A stretch of 64,000 nt of DNA, taken from NCBI GenBank assembly GCA_012295275.1, contig CM022670.1:9238001-9302000 (forward strand), written 5' to 3'. Positions within the stretch are counted from its first letter, which is position 1. The number at the start of each line of letters is the position of its first letter. The notes beneath the pieces were generated by a model, which saw nothing but the letters and a program-made list of their open reading frames with translations, was not told the DNA's origin and made no database searches. This DNA is from Chrysomallon squamiferum (lineage: Eukaryota; Animalia; Mollusca). Positions 1-33,734 of the stretch are shown in pieces. A program made the position numbers and the translations under genes.

Positions 1-899
1 ACATTCAGTGAGTAAAACTGTTTATATTTTTTTATCTTAAAGGTAGTCACTCGTTTTAACGATCAAATCTACTCGATTACTCTTTTATTTTTATTATTAT
101 TATTATCGTCATTATCATTTTTTATTATCTTTGTTATCATTTGTCTCGCCTATCTCTTTCTCTATCTATCTATCTCTCTATATATGCCTTGATTTACTGC
201 CGTTTAAATAATTATTTCCAGTGAAGTTGTAGGAACAGTAATAGTAGTAATAGTAGTAGTAGTGGTAGTAGTAGTAATAGTAGTAGTAGTTGTTGTTGTT
301 GTTGTTGCTGCTGCTGCGGCTGCTGTAATAGTAGTATTTTGCTTAGAATATTAAAAATAAAAAAACATATATGTTTTAATCAATTCGAGAGAACAAGAAA
401 TGTCAAGGAAATACTGATCTAAAATAGACATAAACAAAAAAAAAAAAAAATTAATAAAAAAAATAACAAAACGGAAATATTAGTAGAGGAATACATAAAC
501 CTTAGAAATACATAATAAATAAACACTGAAAACAAATAAACAAACAAACAAACAAACAAACAAACAAACTATAACATAATAAATATACGTACTCTTACTC
601 TTGTGCAGAGGTCTCGTCTCGACATGTTAATATTCCAGACAATTTAGTCTTTGATGTTAAAACAAATGTGACACGTCAAGAGGTGAGCACATTCTGCCGT
701 ACAACATAATACGTTTATGGCAATCAATGGAGCAATATAATCCGTTACAGAATGGGCGATCACCTTAAAGCTCAAGTCAATGTCTTACACACACCGAGCG
801 TAAATAATTCTTAATGTGAAAATCCATTCATTTTTTTTTTTTTTTTTTTCTAACGTGTAAGTGATAAATTAGAAGAGTATATTAATGTATGTATGTATG

Positions 900-936
<37 letters not shown>

Positions 937-1022
937 TGGATGTATGTATGTATGTAAGTATATATATGTATGTATGGGTGTATGGATGGATGGATGGATG
1001 AATGTATGTATTTATTTATGTA

Positions 1023-1068
<46 letters not shown>

Positions 1069-1903
1069 AGTGGATGAATGGATGGATGGATGTATTGATA
1101 AACAGTTACAGAGAAGAGTATATCTTATTTCAGTATGTATGTACAATTCAGTTTATATATAACCCAATTTATGTTATTTCATATAATATATATGTGTGAA
1201 TATTACAGGCAGCTAAAAGATATAATTATATGTTAGACACACATGTTAACAGTTCTTCGTTGAACAAATTTTGCAGGAGCTTGGAAACACAAGTAACCGT
1301 TCGAATTATATTGTTATAATATTATAAAACCAGGTAGAGAATATTTCCACAGACGAAAGAATTGAATACATGGCAGTCGGAAGTGAAAGTTCCATTCGAA
1401 ATATCCTGTCTTAAATAGTGAAAAATTAATAATCTATAGTAATTAAAATTAATTTTATTGAAAATTATCAATCATAAATCAGTGAAACCAAAAAATGTAT
1501 TAACTAAATTGCGTAAATCCGAAATCGATCAACAATTAAAAAAAAATCATATTTTTGCAAGTTCCAGTAACCTAATTCAACAAATGTTATAATTCTGTCT
1601 TCTATTCTAATCCTGTTTCAGATGAAAATAGTTTTAAGTTTCAGCTGATGCTTATTTCCCAGCCATACTTTTGTCAGAACTCACAAAAATCCTACGTCCG
1701 TTTCAAATTAGCCATCTGCTGGCTTGTCGGAAACAGTAACAGAACAAGAAGGCTTTGTCTCTGTTTAATTGCTTCATTTACATAACCATAATTAAACAGT
1801 TATTTCGAATCCCGCACGTTAAACGGCAAATTTGCATAAGTACGAACTTGTGTTAATTGGTGGTTCAAAAATACTGTAGAGAAGACAGCACAACTGAATT
1901 TAC

Positions 1904-6420
<4,517 letters not shown>

Positions 6421-6567
6421 TGTGTTAGAACCCTACGACAGCGACAAACAACCTGTTTTGTTGTTTTTTCTGTCTAGTGATCTGCATCACATCTGTTTCT
6501 ACTTGTTATCTTAAACCTAACGAACGTCAGTCATATACACTGTTTGCTTTATAATAAATAAATAAAA

Positions 6568-6610
<43 letters not shown>

Positions 6611-6664
6611 TAATAATAATTAATTATTTATTTATTTAATTAATTAATCAAATTAATACGTATG

Positions 6665-6708
<44 letters not shown>

Positions 6709-7583
6709 AACTAACTAACTAACTAACCAAATAAATAAATAACATTAACAATAAAATCGTTTGCAGGATTATCTGGTTCTTTGCGGCAGTTTTAGAACTA
6801 AACTGATTTAAACATTAGCACGTAAACGTCGCCATTTGTAAAACGAGATATTCAAATTTACATATCATGCACAGTATGATTAAAACTGCTTCGTTCTCAT
6901 TACATAATTATTTGTATCATCTTTAAGCTTTTTCCTGTGACGCACTACAAAAACCTGCTCGTATTCTAACACACATAACATCTACATCCACAAAGTAATA
7001 AAAAATATATATATATATTTTATGGGTCACAGTGATCCAAACAAAAACATGTTTTTGAAGCTTGCTACTGTTGCAGAACCAGGCTGACTGACTGCCTGCA
7101 TTCTCGGTTTCCAAGTCTTGGCTGCATTCCTTGCGATTTACGTGACAAGTGAACGCGGTGCAAGGAACTGACTGTTTTAGCCACTGGTTGGTCAAAGGTG
7201 TTTGTAAAGTGTTACGCGGCGGAATCAACGCACGCCGAACAAAACTTTGAAGGGGAAAAGAATATTTTTTGTAAAAAAAAAAAAATAATAATAATCAAAC
7301 CACATCGTGGAAAACTAGGAAAACTCGTGAGCCAACCCCCCATAGTCCCCCACCCTACCTTGCTTATATTATTAACGGCTGCATTTAATAGGTTAACGTT
7401 TTGCATCCCAAACCAAAGCAGACGACATTAACGTGTAGTTAAAAAGATGGCGGGAATTTTAAATTTTATTCTTGTTTCTTCTTTCACGTTTTTTATCTTT
7501 ATTTTATTTTATTTCATGTTGTTTTATTTTATTTTATTTTATTTTTATTCTTCTAAAATCTTATGCGAGATTTTCTAATTAAT

Positions 7584-7616
<33 letters not shown>

Positions 7617-8325
7617 AATCTGTCGTCTTCGACCAGACGTTCATTTACTTAACTAACTATTCTGTCATTTTTTTTTTTTAATATTATAAATATAATTTTT
7701 CAGTTTATTGATAAAATACACCGTAGAGCATCGTCGATATAATGGACACTTAAACAATTTTAATTATTTATCTATTTATTATTATATTATTTCATTTTGT
7801 TTTATTTATTTATTTATTTCTTTTTTATTTATTTAGTTAGTTAGTTAGTTATTTATCTAATTATTATTTTATTTTTGTTCTCTGAATGATGTTAGGTCGC
7901 ACAAAAAAAAAAAATAAATAAATAAATAAATAAATACAAATATAAATTAAAAAATAACAAATAATTTAGAAAAGAAAAAATGCTTCCTATTGTAATAGAT
8001 ACGTTTAAAACTACATATGTTGAATGTCAGTGTCATTAAAACGACAGAAAATGAAGAAGCAGATACTCTCAAATTACTATTAAACCACTTAATTCGGAAA
8101 ATCTATCGATAATACATATTAAGGCTGCTTATCGCCGCTTTATAATATATGGGATTAAGAAATATATATATATATATATATATATACTTGAATGTAGGGA
8201 ATTAAATAAATAAATTTGACTCATTGTTATTTGACAAATATATCTTTCTGCTAAATATTGTAGATTTAAAAATAAATTTAAAATAACTGTCTAAATTTTA
8301 CCCATTGGTTAACAGCATAATAAAA

Positions 8326-8448
<123 letters not shown>

Positions 8449-8657
8449 GACTTAATTTTAATTGTGAGTTCTCTGCTATACGATCACTCAGACAGAACTA
8501 GCTAAACTCATCACCGTCCACCACACAGATTAAATTTCTTCATGTTTTGATCTTTTTGAATATCTATTTTCTGACAGTTTACCTGCATTTTATTAGCCGT
8601 AAGCATTCTCACAGTTTATTTATTGTTTTATTTATTTATTTATTTTTATTATTTTTA

Positions 8658-8728
<71 letters not shown>

Positions 8729-9100
8729 TCAATCTAATCGTTTGTTATTGTTGTTGCTGTTGTTATTGTTGTTGTTGTTGCTGCTGCTTGCTGATATTAC
8801 ACTCTTTTAATGCAGATAAATTCTTAATATCAAATTTCCATTTTTATGTGGGCGTATGCAACTGAGTCATATCTGAAAAAAAAATAACACAAAACCTCCC
8901 TCGAAACCCCCCACAATAAACACACACAAAAAAAAAAAAACCTATACAAGACGAAGAGCATGTGATACTAAAATGCCCACTTCCTTGAGTGAATAAATAT
9001 TCCAAATGTCATAACGGGCTACAGAATACACCCACTGCCTTTAGCAACTTTGACGACATATGGAACGTTTTATTTTAAAACTGAACCAGATGCCATGCTC

Positions 9101-9202
<102 letters not shown>

Positions 9203-9476
9203 AGAACAAAATAATGACAGAAAACAATAATATCTCTCTCTCCAGTAATTTGTTTAAATGGCGCTCAAAGTCTGGTGTCACTTTTACCGTGCATTAGAAT
9301 TTGTTATGTAGCTCGTTATGACATTTTTAATATTTATTTTTGGCATTTTCAAATAACACCGTAATATGAACATCAATAACCATACAATTATTACTTACAA
9401 GCCCTTATTTTGCTTTTACTTTTATTTATCGTTCGTTATTTAAAAAAAAAAAAAAAAAAAAAAATAATAAATAATA

Positions 9477-9516
<40 letters not shown>

Positions 9517-10030
9517 TTCGGGTTGAAAAATCAAAGCACCACAACGAAGTCGTTTTGGCTCCGATCCGAATAAAACAAATTAATTTTCAAGTGTTGCATG
9601 TAATTACTTGCTCTGTCTGTTAAGTAATGAGAAAACACTGCAACAGACCGCTAGAGTTTCGGCGAGCTATCAATAACTGGGAAAGCCTTCGTACGTGCCA
9701 ATAACTCCAACACGAAGCTTCAAGTTTCAGTTAATATCTGCTAAGTTCGTGCTGTTTGATATATTAAAATATATATTACTGTCTGCATTCTAGACATGTA
9801 TTTCATTACTAACTGCTTAAACACTTTCACATATTGAAATACCATACATAGAAAAACATACATACATACATACATAAATACACATACACACGGACACACG
9901 GACACATGGACACTTACATACATACATACATAAATACACGCATACACGGACACACACACACAGATAGAAAATAATACTCACTTTTGTCACTCACTTGTCA
10001 GAAATTAATATAACTATTATTTCAAGACAA

Positions 10031-10270
10031 CAGATTTAAAATTAACATTTGTCATATCGACCGGAGACAGTTTCTAAATTAACATTTGTCATATCGACTG
10101 GAGACAGATTTAAAATTAACATTTGTCATATCGACTGGAGACAGATTTAAAATTAACATTTGTCATATCGACTGGAGACAGATTTAAAATTAACATTTGT
10201 CATATCGACTGGAGACAGATTTAAAATTAACATTTGTCATATCGACTGGAGACAGATTTAAAATTAACAT
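10031..10270. repeat. 37-bp minisatellite, ~6.5 copies
   Basis: Unit CAGATTTAAAATTAACATTTGTCATATCGACTGGAGA starts at 10031, 10068, 10105, 10142, 10179, 10216 and (partial) 10253, head-to-tail with no spacers. Confidence 0.95.
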
Positions 10271-10521
10271 GTATCTTGCATGTTAATTAGACTGTTTTTT
10301 GCTGGGGTGGGGAGGTTGTTGTTTGTTTTACTTTGTGATATCTAGCGTACAATTACAGAATATTGAAAAAACGTCAAAAAATGTTATTTATGAACCGTTA
10401 TAAAAATGTTATTTACTTTAATAGACATTTGTAAACTGGTATCGTACTATATATGAAGCATGATTTATACATACGTTTGTCATTTAGTTGATTTATTTAT
10501 TATTTATTTATTAATTAATTA

Positions 10522-10576
<55 letters not shown>

Positions 10577-10713
10577 GTTGTTGTTGTTGTTGTTATTGTT
10601 ATTATTTTTTTTTCTTTCTTTGTTTTTGTCGAGTACGTACACACACTGATGCATATAGAGCCCTCTGCAAATTTTCATTTGTTGACGGCGCTATGTGTGT
10701 GTGTGCGTGCGTG

Positions 10714-10765
<52 letters not shown>

Positions 10766-11622
10766 CGTGTGTGTGTGTGTGTGTAACTGATTTATTTATA
10801 TAAGTATCTTCAAACATTGATCAATAAATAAATTTAGTCTCTTTGCAAGTTTGAGATTTGGGCATTTGTCTTTATTATTATTGTTTTATCAATGGGAATA
10901 ATAAAAATAATTTTTGTCTAAATTTAACGAACATGATTCAAAAATGTATGTATGATTTTGACTCCTACTAATCCTTCATTAAAGTTGGAAAATAAAAATT
11001 AAAAATTATTATTTACTTTCTAGATTTTTTATTTTTTTAAATTTTATTTTATTTATTTATTTATTGTTCGTATTCTATTATTGTCTTCAGAAAGAAATTT
11101 ATATATTTTATTTTGTGATTGTCAGTTTATGTTTTTTCCGACTTTTAATTACAGAATTGCAAAGAAATTATTTTTATTTCAGTTCAATATAAATTTGTTT
11201 TAAATTTCCTTTCTTCTTCTACTTTAAAATAATAATAATAAATAAATAAATAAATAAATAAATAAACATTCCTTTTTTTATCTCTGATATTGTTTTAATT
11301 TTTAATTTTTATTTAATTTATTTATTATTTTTATTAAGAATGTGTAAAAACAAAAATTGCGAGTAATGTCGCGTATAAAATGTAAAAAGAAAAAAGAAAG
11401 AAAGAAAAACCAACAAAGAAATTAACAAACGAAAACATATAAATTTTAAAACTTTGTTTACTGGTGAATCTTAAATCATTATGGTAATACGATATTTAAA
11501 AAATATATATATATATATATAAAGAATTATTTTTTCCAAAGTAACGTTTCTTTCGGGAGTTTTTAATATATCATATATCAGGCGCCATATTGTTTTGGGG
11601 GACTCTTTGTTGTGTTATTGTG

Positions 11623-11660
<38 letters not shown>

Positions 11661-13439
11661 TGTTGGTTTGTTGTTTGTTTGAAAAGTAGATTAGATGAAA
11701 CGAAATAAATAAAAAAATAATAATAATGAATTAAAAAAGGAATAAAAAAACGCGTCGAGGATAAGAAAAATAAAAAGATAATAAAATTAAATTTCAATCG
11801 TCTTTTCTATATAGTTAAAATACTATTTGAATGAATTTTTTGTTTTAATTGTCTTCAAATTCTTCCTTCTTTTGTTATTATCATAATAGTTTCTGTTGTT
11901 ATACAACCACAACAAAATCTACGATATAAGTTATATATTACAGCTATCATTATGATTATAATAATAATGATGATGACGATGTTGACGATGACAGCAATAA
12001 TGTTGATAATATATTTTGTCATGATGGATATGAGTAACGTCATAATTCTCTATCATTGAAGCTTAAATGTTTGACTGAATTAACAAATGAAGAAAGCATA
12101 ATATATTCAGTTATACTGAGAAAAATAAATAACATTATTTTTTCCTTAAAACTTTATGGCCGGGTTTTGTTCTGTGGTTACAGTTGTAGCTTCGTTAAAG
12201 AAAATATTTCTGAATTTTATTTTCATTCAGTTAAAATTTAAGCACATTTATTTTTTAGCAGTATTACATTTTGAACGTGTGTCTGTATGTCCGTGTTATT
12301 ATTATTATTTGTTTTGCCTGTTTTACAAACATTTGAAAAAATCCATTCTTACTGTTCACAAATACCCTTTTGGGTATGCATAAAATATAATAAATAAATA
12401 AATAATCAAGTATGTGAGTTAATAAGTGAACAAGTGAGTAAGTAAATCAAATTTTAAAAAGTATATAAATAAATTTAGAATCAGAAACAACAGAAAGTAT
12501 AATAACTTTCTTTGGTGTCATAAAAAGTTTATTTTTACAGTATAAACTAAGCATAAAGGCGTGCATAAATATTATTAAATTTTATGTTGCTGTTCTGTGA
12601 TACGACCTCAGTCTAGGATATGCTCGTTTTTCTGTGCGTAAACAAACAGGTTTCACTATGGTACTGATTGGTAAATCTAAAAGTCTTCCAGTGATCACGC
12701 GTCTGTGCTAAATGTTTGTTCGAGTAAGAAGTTACGAAATTACGCGATAAGAATCAGTATAAAATAATATAATTATAACTACGTTACACACGAGTAACCA
12801 ATTGCTCCTGATAATGTAAAACCACATATTTAGCCGTGACAATAGACTTATACCCAACCTTAACAATTACAAAACTGTCTGATTTTCTTTTGCTACGTTT
12901 GTGTCCGATATGAAGTACAGGCATATGCATTCTTAAGGTATTGTAATACTAAACTATATTAAGTAACTTTAACAATATTATTATTATTATTATTATTTTA
13001 TATAACTTTAATTAACAATGGTACATTTAAAAAAAACCAATAATCATAATAATTTAAAAATTTGTTTAGTCTGTACAATGTAGTTTAAAATCATTAATTT
13101 TTTCAGTAACAAATAACTAGTAAATTATATGGAATTAAAAATAATATGGAATATAAATCAATTGCATTTTAGTCTCTACTTCCTAAACAGGTAAATAAAT
13201 ATAGACCTTCCACAAGTAAAACGAAAATTAAAACTATTGCCTATCGGTGAGAATCAGTCGTAGACTTATTTACTTTTAAAAAACAAATATTATAATTTTT
13301 ATTATTATTATTATTTTGTTATGCTAATCAAGAACGATTACAACAAGGTGGCCTATATTCCAAAAACCTGAGTTCTCTACGGAACACAGTATTAATTTAC
13401 ATTATAGAATTAATAGATCCATAAAGGAATACAGTAGAC

Positions 13440-14089
13440 CCGGTGTGGCAGGAAATCACACACCCTGTAAATCACAAACCCCCCCCCCACACACTTTAAT
13501 TTTAATTCGTGATTAGGAAATCGCAAAAACTATGTCCATATATAGGCATGGGGGTTTGCGATTTATTAGGAAATCACATACCCCCCCCCCCGGAAATCAC
13601 AAACTCAACTTATAATATACCATACATACCAGTACTGATGGTGTTTTTAAATGCATCTCACCGTTAGACATATGTGATTTTAATATGAACAACATATAGA
13701 AATGGATCAAATTAGAAACGATAGAAATGGATCAAATTTTTTTTTTTTTTTTTTTTTTGACAAAACATTATTTATGTTTGTGTTTAAGAACGGTTTAAAG
13801 TGCAGTATGTCTGTTAAATTGCGACAAAAAAGTATTTCATCCCGCCGCAACCCTAAAGTTTGGGGGTTTTCTGGCTTTCTTTTTAGCTCCAGCTACAAAA
13901 GCTCTAGTCCCATACTTGTAATATACAACTAAAAAATAATAAGAGCAACAGTATGATTTGAATTTATTTACTGACCAACTTCCTTCATACACAATAATTA
14001 ATTAAAGTACTGATAACAATGATTTCCTAGGAAAGAACAATCCCTAGGGTGTGTAATTTTCAGGGGTTTGTAATTAACTGCTACACCGG
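13440..14089. mobile_element. Non-autonomous DNA transposon / MITE-like element with imperfect ~40-bp terminal inverted repeats
   Basis: Left end CCGGTGTGGCAGGAAATCACACACCCTGTAAATCACAAACCC versus reverse complement of the right end CCGGTGTAGCAGTTAATTACAAACCCCTGAAAATTACACACCC. Several subterminal GGAAATC(A/G)CA copies (13452, 13516, 13569, 13592). No coding capacity and no clear TSD. Confidence 0.65.
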
Positions 14090-14214
14090 CAATGGCTTTG
14101 AAGTAGCCTGTCGGAACTCACGCATCACTGTGTCCAATGATACCAAGGGAAATAACTTCAATTTAACGATGACCCGGAACTTGTTCTGAACTGCCCATTG
14201 AACTTTCGATAAAC

Positions 14215-28668
<14,454 letters not shown>

Positions 28669-30305
28669 ACCCGTGCAGGAAAAAAAAAAAAAAAAAGATA
28701 CAAACAATAAAACAAAAAAGCTAAAAATTATTCCATAACACCAGTGATAAAAGAACAACAGCAAAAAATATTTGTAGTTTGAAGAATAAACTTTTAACAT
28801 TAGTCTGATAATGCAATTAATTACTGTGGCTTGACTGTATTCCAATTTTAATGAGTTTTGTAAAAACTTTTATAAATTCTTTCACATTGTTTTTGAGAAA
28901 TTTTAATATAATTTCTTCTTCTTTTTTTTTAGAAATGTAATATGTATATGTAGAATTATGATATGATTCTGCCTGTGAGGAGGCTGTGTTTTGTATTGAG
29001 TACGAGTAACTAAATGTGATATTTTTTTTTATATATATATATATATATGTATATGTATTTGTGTAAGCTAATTTTAATGATCACTTCCTTTCTTTTCTTA
29101 TTTTTTTTTTTTTTTTTTTTTTTTTAAACTTAAAATATGTAAACTGTTATTTAAAAATTATTTTCATCAGTTGTATGGAAACCAATTACAAAAATGAAGC
29201 CACCCCACTCCATAAATGATCTAAGTAAAACAACATAATCAGCTATTAAAACTGAACCCAAATTGTTTTCTGAATCTTTTTTTTATTATATATATACATA
29301 CCTTTTTTTTTTTTTTTTAATCTATCTAGAGTACTAACCGGAATATTTGATTATTAAATTTTTTTTTTTTTTTTTTTTTTTTAAGACAGTTTTAATTGTG
29401 TATCTGCATAATGTATTATTCTGCTTAAGCCAGGGTAAAAAAAAATATATATATAGAAATAATAAAATAAATTTTTTGAATAATATATAGAATTCTGAGA
29501 AAACAAATGTCTTGGCTATCTAAATTCACTGTTTACATGTAAATAGTATCATGTTTAATAGTTTCATGTCACAGTGAAAATTTTTACTTGTTACCTTGAT
29601 TTTCAAAATGGAGGCAGGGTTTGGTGGTAAAGTTGGAGGTAAAATGAAAATGAAAAACTTTTGATTTTGTTTTTTAAATTAATTTTTCCAAAACAATCAG
29701 TTAAATTTTGATGTCTAATGTTCAGTTGTTTAGTTTTAATTTGGTTTATTTGGTTATTTAATGTAAAATTTAGTATATATATATATTTTTTATTTATCAC
29801 TTTTGAAAATCATTTATAATAGTAATTTCTGAATGATAGTGTCTATTATATTTTCTTTGTTTAGAAAGAAAAAAAATTATGTGTTCATTTTAATTACATG
29901 ATTTAAGTGTTTCATTTTTGAGATAAAAGATTTTCTTAATTAGATTTTTATCAGAATGACGAACAGATTTTGTTTTTACATGCTTTTTTTTTTACATGCT
30001 TTTTTCTCCCAATAATGTGACATTTTATTTCATGTATTAGTTCAAAGTTCATGTTATAAATATTTACTCATCCAAAATGGACAATATTCATAATCTTTCA
30101 ATTAATTTTTTCAAAGGCAATTTTTGATGTAGTTTTATGTAACTAAATTTCATTTAAAAACAAAAAAGTACTTTTTCTAATGTATATGGAATTTTCAAAA
30201 TTACCCTTTATAAATTACATTTAAAAAGAATTTAAAAAAAAGAGAAAATTATGATTTAAAAACAAAAAGAAGTTTAGTTAACAAATTAATACTATAAAGA
30301 ATACA

Positions 30306-30350
30306 AATAAATTTAATATGCAATTAACTTGAGTTTGTTGTCTTTGTGAA
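30306..30350 (+). terminator. Candidate MOSPD2 polyadenylation signal
   Basis: AATAAA at 30306-30311 followed ~20 nt later by a GT-rich element (GAGTTTGTTGTCTTTGTG). It lies near where the + strand switches from T-rich to A-rich between the convergent genes. Confidence 0.4.
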
Positions 30351-33300
30351 TGTTCTGCCAACTTTATTAATTAAAAAAAAAAAAAAAAACATACATCAAC
30401 ATTATTTAGATGGAACACAGAATTGATGAAAAAACCATTTTGTTTCATAAAACACTATTATAACATATTTCTACATTTGGCTGTTCAGTTGTTTCATTTC
30501 TGATATAACATCTTCATAGAAATCAAGAATGTTTTTTCAATACTGGGAAAAAACATTTTATATCCCAAGAAATCAAATATTAATATTAATAAACTATGGA
30601 GGTCCATTTTGAGTAACAGAAAGCTAACATTTATAAATATATATACAAAAAAATTAAAATATCAAAGATTAGTTTTTTAATATATATTTATTGACAAACA
30701 TTCTTCATTGCATTTCATACATTTCTCAAATACGCACAAAGATATTCACAAATTTTATTGTTTGCAATAGTGGATTAGAAAGAAGCACCCTTTTTAAGTC
30801 ATACGTGGATATTGGTATATTAATGTAGTGAGAGTAATGAACAATGATGATAAATGATGTTTTCACATATGAATTATTAGGCATTATTATTATTATTATT
30901 ATAAATTTTTTTTTTTTTTTTTTAGTTTCTTCTTTTTTTTAAATTATTATTTATCTTTTTTTATATTTATTTATTTTGCTTTGAAATTATAAACAAAAGA
31001 AAAGAAACTCTAAAAATGCTTCAACAGAAAAACAAAAACCTAACTCCTCATTTAAAAACTGCTTTGTATTAAGAGCCAAAACACAAACATAACATACAAA
31101 GGTATATAAAAAAAAAGGCATTATTTTTTTTCTTCAAAATATCTTGTTTTTAAAATAAACAGGGGGGGGGGAAGGAATTCCCCAAAGTAAAAATTAATTC
31201 ATGTTTTTTAAATTCTAAACAAATGTTTACTGATTATTTTTAAACATGAAAAATAATTTATATGATTTATATAATTTGCATTTAGAAACCATTTTTAAAA
31301 ATTGGCTACTCAAATATTAAGAATATTATTAAAGCTAATAACAAAAAAATAGAAGAAAATTCAGAAACAATTTTTTAAAATGATCATTCTGGTAAAAACA
31401 TAAAATAAATACAAATGACAACATAAAATCTAATTCAATAACTAATTTGACAAACTACACAAAGCTAGTTACTACTCTACTAAACTAAAAGACATTAACT
31501 AAAATCAATACAAACCTCAGAACAAATAGGAAAGAACATTAAAAAAATTACTTGAAAATGGAATTCTAATCTATGCTAATTATGAATATTAACAGAAAAC
31601 TATTAAGAAATATCAGTTTGTCATATATTCAATATAAATTTAAATTTATAAATACTCAAAACATTATGTCATGATTCCCACCTAAAAACTTATAACTTTC
31701 ATAAATACACATTATTCTTTATAAACTAAATTATAAACATATTTTCTACATAAAATAAATCCTTTACTGAAATAGATTTTACAATTTTATTTGCAAAACC
31801 ATAAAGCTAAAGTCATAAATTTAAATACTGTTAGAATTACCTATTTCAAAATGAATGTTGATAAAATGTTTTAATATGAAAAAAACAAAACAAATCTGAT
31901 ATAACTGAAATTACTGAATACATTTTCTCATTAATAGTGTTAACAAATAACATAATAACCATGATGTTTTTTTCATTTCTTATTACATATATCAATCAAC
32001 TTTGTTATGTCAAAACCTTACATAAATCTTTTTAAAAAGTGTTAAACTTATAACAAAAAGTCTTATTAAACTAAATATTGAATGAACTGCTGCATTTTAA
32101 ATTTAATACAATTAATTTCTTACTTTATTTGAAAAATTCCCAGACTATGTATGATATGTAACATGATGATGGTCATATATATATATACATAATAATGAAT
32201 CCGAATGATTACGTAGGTTGAATGTTGTTTATGCTGTGCGTATTCAATTATCGCAGGATATGAACCAATATATTGGTATATTTAATTAAAAGGATAGTAA
32301 AAATGTGACAAATTTAATTAAAGCCTCTAGCCTTCGCTGTTTTACTAGTGCCGAATGAAAAATAATGAGTACACAAGACACATTTTTTTCTAAAACACGA
32401 CTGTTTGTGCTATATCACATCTTTATGAAACTAACATCTATGTATATATCTGACCTAATTCAGAATTCAACAAATGTTTCATTGCTATAACACTGATGAA
32501 AGATACCAATATCCTTCCGAATTTTCATATGTGAGAATGTAGCAATTTTACACAGCTTAATTCCAGCTCTGATTAATATTATTAATTTTTTTTTTTCTTT
32601 AATATTTACAATACAACTTGAATGTTTTTCCAGAACAAAAATTGTCAGAATTTACAAATAAAAAACATCTAAGATTTAAAATAAAAGGAGAAAAACAAAA
32701 ATCCAATGCAGACTCCAGCTAATTTATTTAATTTTACAGAAGGATGAATTCAAATGAACTGTTTTAGTAATTAAATAAATTTTTCCTCTAAATTTTCAAA
32801 TTAAAAAACAATTAATTATTTACTATACTAAACAAATATATTTAGTTCAGGAAAATAATTTTTAACTGAACAAAATTTAACTGAAATTTAAACTGCATCT
32901 TCAATAAAAAAATGCAGTTTGCATTATTGTTCAGTTAACTACTAATTTTAATCAGTTTTATAATCATATTTTATTAGTATTGATAGATTTCAAACTGAGA
33001 TTTTTTTAGTTTATTCTGATTAAACAAGTTTCATGATACACATTCTATTTGCAGAAAAGACTGTATCATAAAGTTTCTGTAATGATTTGCTTGTCAACTA
33101 TCTCCTAAGTCAATGAGCCTGAAAGAACACAGATAATTCCACATGTTTTAGATGTTACATGTAATGGTACGAGTGTTCTTTCTCTATGTCAGATACTTCT
33201 ACTGCAAATGAAAGAGGAAACTGCTGGTATCATAACACTTAATGAGATACACCCTATTTGAAAATTACAACAAAAACTAGAAATATCGTAACTGATGAAA

Positions 33301-33734
33301 TTACCTGAATTTAGGGAATTAAGGAACTTATGATATTGAAAAATGCCTCAGCTGAAGAACATTTATTAACAGATTTCTACAAACATAATTAATTCCCACA
33401 GTCTGAAATACCAATTGCTGTAACATGCAAGCAGCAGTTAGGTCACATAAAACACCTGAGATAAAAGAAACAAAGTCTTCCATCCAAAATGATGGTCTTA
33501 CAAAGAGTACACTAAAATAAAGAAATCTGGGATAAACATATGCATTAAGAACTTCTTGCATGAGAATGTTCAAGTGTGGTAATTATGTTAGTTTTTAGAG
33601 TTAGCAGTGTTTCATCTGTTAGTTAACAAATTTCCTCAAATGAACTTAAAATTTTACAGTTCGGTCAGTTAAAATGTGTACTAATTTAGAACTGTATTTA
33701 TTAAACTGATTTTAAATTTAACCTGTGTACAAAT

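Noticed and set aside
10031-10270. 37-bp direct repeats of CRISPR-like length
   Set aside because: The copies are head-to-tail with no unique spacers, there are no cas genes, and the context is eukaryotic. This is a minisatellite.
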